Source: Phoronis australis (taxonomy: Eukaryota; Animalia; Phoronida). Taken from it: 64,000 nt of DNA. This document shows, piece by piece, positions 24,401 to 36,400 of this stretch. Location: NCBI GenBank assembly GCA_002633005.1, contig NMRA01000157.1, forward strand, positions 466,988 to 530,987. Direction: 5' to 3'. Below the pieces are notes generated by a model. It was not told where the DNA came from. It saw nothing but the letters and a program-made list of their open reading frames with translations, and searched no databases. A program made the translations under genes and the position numbers. How positions within the stretch are numbered: the stretch's first letter is position 1; every line of letters starts with the position of its first letter.

Positions 24401-27400
24401 GAATTCATTATTGTATTTTCATGAAATTCAGCAAATACCTTTCTAATGAAGAGAAAAGTCCACCTTTTCATTTTTGGACGGATTTGATGTTTTCTGTGTT
24501 TCCTGGTGACCATTTTTGTTATTTTTGCATCAATTTTCTGGCGTCGCCTCCATATCTGCAATGCTGCTCAAATGATCAACATGAAATTTATGTGTATTCC
24601 TGATGAGAAGGCCTCAACTGACGTTGACTTTCGAACAAATCTGACTTCTGTGTTGTCCCCAAGTGGCGATTTTATTTTTTGCGTCTGCAGCTGAATCTCT
24701 TTAACCCTTTGAAGGAGCTTTGCGAAATTTGAAACATACATTCCATGGAGCCGATAACAAATGGTAACAAGTGTCGAACTGATTCAAATACCACTGTGCC
24801 CCCTGCAAAATGTTTTATGTTTACCTCTGTATCTTCATGTAGTTCATAATGTATATTCCTGAAATTCGTCTAACAGTTTTCTGTTATGTACTTTCTTATG
24901 CTGACTAGCTTGATGATGTTTTCTGCTCCACTTGGTGGCTATTTAAAAAATTGGTGCTTTTGACGTACGCTTCTGTCTGCCAAGCCACTCACAGGATCAT
25001 TATGAAAATTGGCAGTTGTGCTCCTGATGCGAAGACCCTGGCTGATGTAATTCGGATGTTTTTTACTATTCTGGTGCCCTTTAAAGGCAATTTTGCTTTT
25101 TTGCATCTTCAGCTGTTTCTCCTTAAGCTTTGGATTTCTAGTCTGCAAAATTTAGACGTTAGATTTGTGATGAACTCAAGTGCGAAACTCACCATCAGAA
25201 TATTGTACAAGACAACTTATCACAGACAGGCAATTCATGCCTGAACCTAAACATAGAACTAGATCCGAGCAAGGTTTGAGAAGACAACAGATCATCGCGT
25301 GAACATTATACAAAGATATTATGAATATAGCAGACAATGACGTGTAAAATTCTGAAAACATTGGGCCTAATGGGAAACCCATACTGACGTCTTTTTGTAA
25401 AAACAGCTTGCCATTTAAAGCTGAAGATGTATTGAAAAATGTAGCAATGGAAGAATAGTGTATAACTGTGATGATGCACACTGTGATAGCTTTGCAATAT
25501 AACTTAGGATATATTTATGATGATGCACACTGGGATACCTTCGTTTGCAATGGAACTCCCAACACCATTATTTGAAATGCTTATTTTTCACGATATGCAT
25601 GTGAAAAAATGGTGTGTTAAACTTCTTAAATAATTTGATTTAACCTCGCTGCATCCACCATTGCATACCAGTTGCTTTCCAGGAAATTGGTTTACGTTTC
25701 ACAATACTGTTATCTGTCTTCTAGTGAACTGTTTGATGTGGAGTGGTGCCATTTAAATTCAGGGTCTAAACATTGCCTGAATCATCTCATCGCCTGTCTG
25801 ACAAAGCTTAATCTTCGTTTTTACGCATCTAGGAAGTGGAAAAACCCTGACTGCTGCTCATATATGTAGGCTGGTCTTTGATAACTGTCGTCGGAAGAAC
25901 AAGCAATTCAAAGGATTATTTATCGTGCCAATACGCACCTTAGTAGAGCAACAGTGCAATGAATTCCGTAAGGTCTTCCCTGACGATCCTGAAGTTATTA
26001 GGAAAATTTCCGACACTGAGAGACTGGGACATGTGATCAAAAACAACAACAAAATATTGCTATTCCTAACGGCACAGATTTTGGTGAATGCTTTAAAAGA
26101 AGGTAAGTCTGAACAGGAATATACAACAGTGCATCCATGATGCAGGAAAACATAGGTAGACCCTGAGCAATAAGTTGAATTCTATTGGATTCACCAAATT
26201 GTATGATAATTCTCCGCTCATTTCGCACAAAGTGAAATAAATAATATGTCAATAAATACATTTTTCTGTTAGTTGGGCTTTGCCTGCTAATCTGGTCATG
26301 TGTGAGTTAGGTGAGGCAAGAAATACCCACCATGTAGCCTGGTCAGGAAAAATATTATTTCCAAATAAATTCCTAAATACGTGTGACTGTGCTAAGTTAA
26401 TGGAGAATTATCGTAAAATTTTCTATGCTACAGAAGACAAAATAATTCATAAACATAAGAACTCTAAGTGTGAAGACGACGGCTGGTGGGCACATTTCAC
26501 CACTTCGCGTTTCTGTACAACGGTCTTTTGCTCGTTGATTTAGTTGATGTTGTTACTTGTACTTTGATCTTATTTGTCATCTTTATTTTTAGTATATCTT
26601 CTTGTCTATCTACAGCAGTGTTTGTTCAGTGTTGTGTTATAATTCTATTCCATTACTCTTATAATCAATCGGTGTTAAATGAATCAATCACATATTATTA
26701 CTAGCCAAGTTTAATTAAACACATACCAGCTTCTATCTATTTCAGGAGAGGTGTCTATCAGAGCATTTAGCATACTTGTCATGGATGAATGTCATCATAC
26801 CACTTTGGAGCATCCCTTCAGACAGATAATGAAGAATTATCTGAAGGAAAAGGAAGTCAATGAAGTGGGCTTGCCTCAGATAGTAGGACTTACTGCATCA
26901 TTGGGTGTTGGGAAGAAAGAGCCTGTAGATCATTACATTCATTTGTGTGCAAACTTGGATTGCACTTTGATATCCCATGTGAAACTGAATTTGCAGGAAC
27001 TTCTCCAGTACAATCCTCGGCCCAAATCGGACCAAATCATTTCTGTTGCGCCACGCGTTTTAAGTACGTTCCAAACCGTGCTCGAAGCACTGATGAAAGG
27101 AGTTGAAGATTCAAAGCCAGAGTATCTGAGTGGTCCCCCTCCTAGAGGTACCCAACATTATGAGAATTTCATTGTCATGAGAAAGGAATCTGCTGAAAAA
27201 CAGTCTGGGATGGCAGAAGTGGTGGCCGCCTGTGATTTTTTGAGGGCGCTGAATGATTCCCTGCTGATTTATGAAGACTTCCGAGCCAAAGATGCGCTGA
27301 CTTATATTGCTAAGAAATTACCCAAGGAGGGCCTGAGTGATTATGAGAATTGGTATGTTTTTGTTTTGTTTTTCTATTCCAAAGCAACTATGAATCCACT

Positions 27401-30400
27401 GTCTCACAAAAATTAGGAATAAATATTGATTTTCTCAAATTACTATAAAAAAGTGATCTCAACTTGAAATTTACTATCGATTTCTGGCGTTGGGAGAAAC
27501 TCACAATGCCAATGACATGTAAAAAGTGGCCCACGTGTGTGAAACCAACTAATTAAGTCTCATCTTGAACTATAACGAGCTGACAATTTATTCCAAGCTC
27601 AGAATTTAAGTCAATATCTGTGAAAGTATTAGTTAGAACTAAGCTTTAACGTTGAGCTATGCAGAAATGTTCAGATTACGGACTAAGAAGTAAAGCGCAA
27701 AATAAACAAACCAAATGACATGACTAGAACAGAAAGCACTACTGCTGGTAATTCTTCACTTAATTTTGCACAAAAGTACCGTATTCGCCGTAATAACCGC
27801 CCATGCCCCTATAAGCGCCCCCCACGCGTTTTCAGACTTTGCTGAAATAAGCGCCCAGTCCATGAACGTGTACATGCGAACAATGACGTACCTACAGTCC
27901 TAAAACTCGGCTACAGTAACGTCTTCAATTTATCAAAAAAAAATTGCACGGGTCTTCTAGACCACCAGCGGCACTGCTACGTTTGTATTTAGCCGTGACA
28001 AAGTAACGCAGCGCTTCAAAAAGAAAGCAACAGCGTTGCTACGCTCTCGTGACGACCGTGTCCCATGGTCTGACCTTTCAGTAGACACATCGACTGTCTC
28101 ATGAATAAAAATAACTCGGTGTTAAACGCACGTGGCCAGGAAGCGCGCGCTACATAACCTGTCATCAAAGACATTAGTTGGGAACTATCCATTCATGAAG
28201 CGGGTAGCATAGCATCGATAAGAAATGAATATTGGAACTAATTTCCGACAATTTCTAATACTATCAACATGTTTGCGTTATTTTTGAGATGCATTGTTTG
28301 ATTAACCGTAATTGGTGTTATTAAGCCGAATATCCGATAAAATGACAACTGACACTGAATGCTTACACACCCTTACACCGAAAAATAAATGTCAGATAGT
28401 TACGTACGCATCCAGCTACACGGCGACTAATATCGGCCTTGCCGAGACAAATGTCGAAAGTTTTTAGCACGAGACCGGCAAGTGCTGAATAAAACACGCT
28501 CTGGTTTAGGTCTACTGCTTGTGCAAATTTCTTTAGACACATCTAGCTAGTTAGATTGCGTGGCTCTGACCGAAAGACGGTCTCTGCTTTGGCAAATGAA
28601 CTCTGGTGACACGCACGCGCTCGCTTACTCGCTGACGAACTTCAAAACAAACGTCACGTGACAACAACATGTGTGTTCGTCCAGACATTTTTCTCGCCGT
28701 GTTGCCGATCATACATGTAGATGGCACGATGTTGCACAGATTTATACTTAAACCTGCCGTTAATCCAGACTCCACGGGAACTTAAAAACCTTAGAGACGC
28801 TACTTATAAAATTTAATGAGGATTTCAGGTACTTTATCGAAACCATTTTTATTCAAGCATTGAAGTCGCCATATCGAAGACGGCGATTTCGAAGCAGTCA
28901 GTTGGCGAGTTTTCGCCCTGGGATTTCAGCACAATTTTCTGTAAAATGATCGTAATTTAGCAGCAAAGTTTGATAGCAATGCACCACAGTTTTGTTGAAA
29001 GTCTTTCATAGATTACATGCGTCACAGAGCGTAAATTTGATGAATCTTAGCTTCCGATTTCACCCGTTTCGGAGACCGGGTTTCAACCGCCTTGGGTTAT
29101 AATAAGCGCCCCCCTGAACCGAACTTTTCTAAGCGCCCTGGGCGGTTATTACGGCGAATACGGTAATTCTAATTTTTTTAAAGGCCCATTACTTTGCTGA
29201 AAGTAATAGAAAGGTTAATAATAGACTAGAACTATCTTTATTATAGGTGATAAAATTGGCACTATAAAATTTCTCCAGTGGGTTATATTTTGTGCTAAAT
29301 AGGTAAAGAAATATCTTAGGTCAAGTAGCTTAAGACAATATAAATAGTTACATAGTTGTATGGTATAAAAATGTTTCAGGCTTTGCCAGGTGTTCAAAGA
29401 AAAACAATCCGATTTGGAGGCCATTGCACCAGTTGATAACAATTCTATGTTGACGGAATTGCACAGTCTACTAGAAAAGCTGCTTGGATGTAAGGATCAA
29501 GTTGCAGAGCCACCTAAAGGTGAGTTATAATTGACTTGTTTTTACGTATGTGAATCATGATGAGTGCTATTCAAGCTGCTATAAGTATGTCCTTATTCTT
29601 TACATTACTATGGCATGAGAGTGAAACGGCTGCAGATTTTGTATTCATCAACAAAGTACAAGGTAACAGAACCACTTTCTATAATGACAGAGCCTCCTCT
29701 ACTAATGGTAACAAACATTCATTTTTCCAGACCCAGGTCCTGTTAGGTAACTTTTTACAACTTAAGACCAAAAATGTGTCTTAAGATAAGTTTGAAATTA
29801 GGGCGAATTTAATTAACAAAGATGAAATTTTGGAAAGATTGCGTGAATGCAAAATTTGTTATCGGTCTTTGGGCTTAATTAAAAGTGCAAATTAAATTAA
29901 GTCACTGTTCTCACCACAATTGACTATATTGATTCTGAGTTCACCTCATGTTGTGGATTCAACACACCAAGCAAGGTGGTGTGTGAAATCGAGAATATTC
30001 ATGATCTCTGAAGTCTTGTGTTCATTTACTGTGTTATACAAAACTGCAACAGTTACTGCTGTCTCATTTACCTGTTAGATGAAAAATATCAGTTCAGATG
30101 TGCCAGTAATTCATGCTATATTTGTCTCTAAATTACTGCATTGCTGATTTCCGAATCGGAATCTGGTGATACTCAACACTGTTTGCTGGGGCCTACAGAC
30201 TAGAGCATAGTGAAAAATATCAACGAAGTTTTTGTAATCAGTTTACAGTGATGACACTCTGTCCTAAATTTTTGTCCTGAAGACCAAAAATATTATATTG
30301 ACATAGCTGACATTAATTTTGAGTCATAATCTGCTATGGCATACCCTGCTGGGCAAAAAAGTATTTCAGTTTCCTAATATATATATATCAAGTTATTAAT

Positions 30401-33400
30401 AGATTTGACACGTTTGGTCATATTGAGGAGATCCATTGGTTGCGATTGACTTTTAGACAGTTACAACTACTGCAAAACCTCATTGTGACAGTTTTGTTTT
30501 TTGTGCCACCTTCAATGTCAACCAAGTTCCTTTGTTTGGTCTCCATGAAAAGATGGCTGGCATTGCTTTTTATCTCAATCTGACAATATCGCACTCAAGT
30601 GGCACTCTGTGTACTAAGTGGGAATTTGGGATTCTTCTCTCCTGCTCAATATCTATCAACTCCTTTGATGGTTCTTTATGAAATGTGACGTGTTTACTTT
30701 AAGGAAAGCACGACTGATGCTGATTTTTGGACAAATGTGACTTCAGTGGTACCCCCTAATGGCAAATTGTCATTATTTCTGTCGTAATATCCAGTATCAA
30801 GTTTGTTGATGGGCCCTCCTGAATTTTGATGGATCTTATTGAAATTCGACTTATGTTCCCAATTGGAATGGGTCATTTGATGTTGATGTTTGAATGGACC
30901 AACTACTGTTGAAATATCTGGAAAATGAGTGCTCATAATATTCTCTGAAATTGTGACATTATTTTTACTTCTTGGAAATACATCAATTCTATGTAAATGT
31001 TAGACAACGGTGTTATTTGTTAAAGTGCATGGCTATATCCCGTCTTCCTGCAATCTTGATTGAGATCACTTTCGGCAATGCTCCCCTCTTGTATATTGGC
31101 AATTTCCTCTGAGAAGAGTTTGTTATGCGTGAGGTCAGGCTCACTATGTTGACTTTTCATATCACGACGACGTGTCATTTAATTGAACAAGAGTAATCTC
31201 AGCACTACCAGTCTGCAGTCATTTCACAACCCAGAAACCATTCCTGACATCTGAGTGAAGGAACAATTTTATGTTATAAGATAATTTTAGTCAAACCTTA
31301 TGATGGCCAAAAGTGGGGTTACTGTTGCTTAAAGTAATTCTGCTTAATTGTTGTCTAATTCCATAGATAAGCAATTTGTTAATGACTACAATTTCTAGAA
31401 TTTTCACCAAATTATTGATCAAAACAGTGAGGCATGGTTTCAATTGCAGAATTTTAATTCCGTGTCAAGTGTCGCAGTGTAGTTAATGCAATCGTACCTG
31501 GGACACAACTTGTGGCATTTGAACTTCAGGTCTGTCGACTTCCAATTTTGAAGGTTATCACCGTCAAAGCTCCCATCTCTATGGTTAGGTACCCACTTCT
31601 GATTTTCTGGATTGCTTATTTCAGGGGTTAACAGCGTTATAATCTGTGGAAGTAATTGCTGGTGATTGAATTGCAGTTACGATTGTGTTATTTTCTTGGC
31701 TGTGTGAATTGACGGGTGCTGTTTGCATGAATTTCTCAAATCTTGCTACTTAAAGGTCTTCTGTTAACTCGCCGGAGAGTTGGTGTAGAGTATCTTCACG
31801 ACTTCTTGACGCAGCAGTTTGATGGCAGGTATGCAGTTGATTGTATGACTGGTCAGGCCAAGGCTGAAGGAATGACTGATGCTCGTCAAAATGAAATCAT
31901 TAGAAGATTTCGAAGTAAAGGTAAGCATTCTACCATGTTTGACTAAATCATTATTCCTTCCACTGACATTTCCAAATTTACTCCCATATGCTAACGACTC
32001 TATATCTACAGTCAATTTATATGATCGAGTTCCTTGAAATTACCCATCTGGGGCAGATTTTAGCTCCTGGCAAGCGTAGAAAAACTTGCTTACCATGGAA
32101 ATTCCATCGATGTTTTATTCGACTCTTGCTCATACAGTCCAACATCTAGCTGTGGCCATTAAGTCAATTAAACGTTTGATTAAGCCCCCACCATCAACCT
32201 CAAAGATTTTGTCTTACATGTGCTGCTTTACGTGCCTGATTTTGGAGTTCCCCAGTTGAAGAGCACTGGGCATTAATCCGGATGAGAAAAGAATTAAGTT
32301 CATTGTACGTAAACATTGTGGATTAGAGAGTTACTGAAAAAGTTTGTGACCAAACAGCACCTGGGGCTAGCTTGCTGTTCTGATAAATAAGTGAATTCTG
32401 TTATGCCTCTAACTGTATAGTTTGTAGTTTGTTCTTGGCTCTACAGATGGCATTAATTTGCTCATTGCTACGGATGTAGCACAGGAAGGTCTGGATATCC
32501 CACGATGCAACTTCGTGGTACGTTACAACTTTGTCTCTAGTGAGATTGGGTCCGTGCAATCAAAAGGTCGAGCGAGAGCCAGAGAGAGTGAGTGTTACCT
32601 GATTGTGAGGAGGGGATCCATTGATGAACGACGTGAATACGAAAACATGGCGAAGGAGCATAAAATGCAGGAAGCTTTGTTGGAGATTGACAAGTTGGAC
32701 CCTGAAGTGTTGAAAGAAAAAATCCTAGAAGAGCAGGTACAGCAATATGTGTCACTTTGTCTTTTATGCATGTGAAGTGATTATATGTTGATTGCATTAT
32801 TGTGAAGTTGTAAGTGTATATGTAAATGAGTCTACACTTCGTGCCTGTCGTTTAAATCTTCGTGTCGTTTGCTTGTCTGAACAACTTCTTTTACAATCGG
32901 CTGTATTTGTCAGGATGATATAGTTTCAACTTTAAGCATCAGTGGCACCACTTTCCTATCAAAAACAACCCTGACAAACTGTTCTGTGCTGTGTGACTAA
33001 AACATGGTATTACTTTGTGAGAATAAGTTGAATAGCTGCCACCCAGTTATGAACTTCTTTTTTGTTATTTTTGTGACGGAAGAGTATCAAATGACAGCAA
33101 AGCCATGCAGAACTCAGGATTCAGTTAAGAGTTAGAGGAGCGTTGCGCGTTTCTCATAATTTGTGTTTAAGAATTGTGAAATGAGAATTTTGAAAATTGT
33201 ATTGGGATGAAAGAATTTGTATTTCGTCTGTGTTTCAAAAATAGTGAATCTAACAATTTTTTTAGAAATACTTACAATATTCAAAGTGAATAGCTGTCAC
33301 GTTAGCATCTGCTGGAAGTAGATTCGCCACAATCTGTTTAAATGGTACTTGTTACAAGCTTTCGCATTCCAGGTCTCTTTAAGATTGTACTCTATGCAAA

Positions 33401-36400
33401 TTATTATTTTGTTGGGTCAAGACAGCTTCAATGAGCCTGTCGTGCTTTGTAGCTATGATGAACTGTCATTTATTCATCAGGCTCAAAGATAAACTAGCTC
33501 TAATCTAAATAAAAAAGATGAATTTTAGCCATTTGTGTATTGACAAAAATTGCTGACTTGTTTTCAGAAGGTGCTCATGCAAAAAATTGCTTGGAGTGCC
33601 AGACCAAAAGTCTTCATTAAGCCAAATGGAAATAACATAGAAATTGTTTGCCGCAAGTGCAAAGCGTTTTTATGTTTTGTGAGTGGCATAAGGAAGAAAG
33701 GTGGCGACTATCTATGTATTGACGAGCAATTCACAACAAAGGTACATCAAAGAAACCTCCCTCCTGATAAGCAACAGCATTTTAGACTTGACTCTAATGT
33801 TGGTGAGTATATATAAAGCAGTATAAAGCTGTATAAAGCAGTATAAAGCTGTATAAAGCAGTATAAAGCAGTATAAAGCAGTATAAAGCAGTTAAAGCTA
33901 ATTAGTGTCCTAAGAATTTGCTATGGATGTCTGATTGCGAGCCCAATGTGTTTTGTCCCATTTTTGCATGTGTCTGAGTCAGTTGCTAATGTTCCCATCA
34001 TTGATTTTTTCAAATTTGCACTGAGATGCCTATGCTCGATTCACCCACCACCCACAATTATGCCTGTGATATTTCCTTAATAAGTGCTGCATCTTTGTGG
34101 AAGCTCCTTTCATCTGAATTTCATTTTCCATGAAGCTATAAAACTCACTTTTGCGTAATGAATAATTATTGATGTTGATAGCTCAGTCTTTCCTTTTTGG
34201 ATAAAAAAATACCCGTATTTTTGTACATTTTACGGCACTGTAGACATTAAATGGCTCCTTAGGCTCACATGCGTTTTAATATTATCGTACTTGTTTGCAA
34301 AAACGTTGAAAGGTTTCACATTAGTAGTGTGTGGTCAGTTCATTATGTGCGTGAGCTTTGGAGGTGAAGTTAAAAGATATGGCTCATATATATCTGAGTG
34401 ACATTATTGAACCGCTATTTCATCACTCCATTCTAGACAGCGAGCCCTTCACTGCATTGTCTAAAATCCACCGATGAATGTGAAGTCTAATGTCAATGTA
34501 GCTCCCAAGGCAATAACCTCATCAACCATTTTGGTACACGCTCACCTCTGATTTGTCAAAAAAAAAATTTTTTAAGCACCCGCACTGGGCTTAAAGCCCA
34601 CCCCTGACTTTTGAACTGATCCTATTTAAACGTTGTGGACTGAAACGTGGACAAGCCATTGAAATACGACTGGCATACTTTTGGAGAAAGGGAAACGTGT
34701 GAACAAGATAAGCATAAGAGCAAATATATTGCATACAAAGATTTTGCTGGTCAGGAAAAATTAGTGGATATCTTCAGTTCTGTGAAAAAATGCCATTAAG
34801 GTACATGAATGAATGAACTTAATTGTTATTACTTATTTTAATGAAATGTGTTAAACACTGGTTTAGACAATTTTTATGATCGACGTATGTCCCGAATAAT
34901 ATATAAATGATGCATGTGTCACAAACTCGTTACCAGAGATGAAAAGGAGACCAAAGTAGGCTATATAAGGTCATTTATTATGCCTAATACAGTTGCAAGT
35001 AATTGATAGTGAATAAAAATAAGTAAAATAAAAATGATAATCTCTGGTAAGATGGGTAATGAAAAAAAAACGTCACGAGAGATGTTGTAAGACAGTTCAT
35101 GCCCTTCCAGGCTTGTAATTCATTGTTATCAATTAAACAATGACCACATTGTCTGCATTTCAAAAATGTATCGTGGAAAAACAGAAAGCTCTCTGATCAG
35201 ATTAATCATTAAAAATTCAATTTACTTTATCTCAATCAAAAATGAAACAGTTTTTGGAAAACTTATAGCCTCGTTATAAAATGTTCAATGGAAATCATTA
35301 TAGTATAATGATGAACAAAATGAAGTTGATCTTCTACAAAACTCAGATTACAGAAACAACTTTTCTTCTGGCTCGCCTCATTATTTGTGTATTAGTGAAC
35401 TTCTGTATCCAAAGGAAGAGTGCCAAATCTTACCTGACGAAATAAAAACCTTGTTAGACTCTTGGTAAGCACCAATACATAGTCTTCTTTTTTTAAACCT
35501 TATTACACAAAACTTCTCGGTTTTAATTTTATCCTAATAACCTTCCTTCCAACCTTCCTCAAAAATATTATACAAAATTAAAGTCACAGGCTCTTACATC
35601 ACAAAATGACTTTGAAGGAAATATTAATTCCTGTGACAATTCGATTAAAAGTATACTGAAGTTCTGCTGACCAATTAAGTTTTACTACTGTGACTGAAGT
35701 ATCCCAATCAAAAATATTTTCTCGTGAGGTGCTCAGGGAACCCAAGTTAAAGTCTATTCCAAAGTCTCAACATGTTCACAGAGCTACTAAACCATCTACA
35801 AAGGCATCCTCAATCCCTTGCATGGCAAGAAAAGGCGTGAAACGATGAACCTCTAAAACTATCTCTTGGCATGTTTTTGGAACTTTTGATATTTCACATC
35901 ACTGAGTCCTCAAATGGCTTCCCCATGCATACTCCATAACAAGAAGAATACTGTGATTTCTCCCTTGACAGCTTCTAGTTCCAAGTACCAGAGATAAAAA
36001 AGGCCTATATCAACTTATTGGAGACAAAAGTCAAGTGTTCGAATTATTCGAGATAAAACATCAATAATAACTAATGAATGAGTGATGACAGCGACGGAGT
36101 CCGAGTGGGTGGTTTAGCAATTTTCATCATATTGTCACAAGTAACTGATTATTGTCCTAGACGGTGGATTGACTTCAAAATATAATACTTGTATTCACAC
36201 TCTGGCACTTCATTTTCTTCCTATGTTTGCAAACTTCGAGAACCTGGCTTCAAGACCTGCTTTCAGCAACGATGTCTGCCCGCACTGAGTTTCCGACTGC
36301 GGTGTGTTAGATAAAACAATTGTATTTGAAAAAAATCAGCTAGAGACTGTGACAGTGGGTTTGCCTCCCTGATTCTGAATTTGATTTTGGTGAGAAGTTC

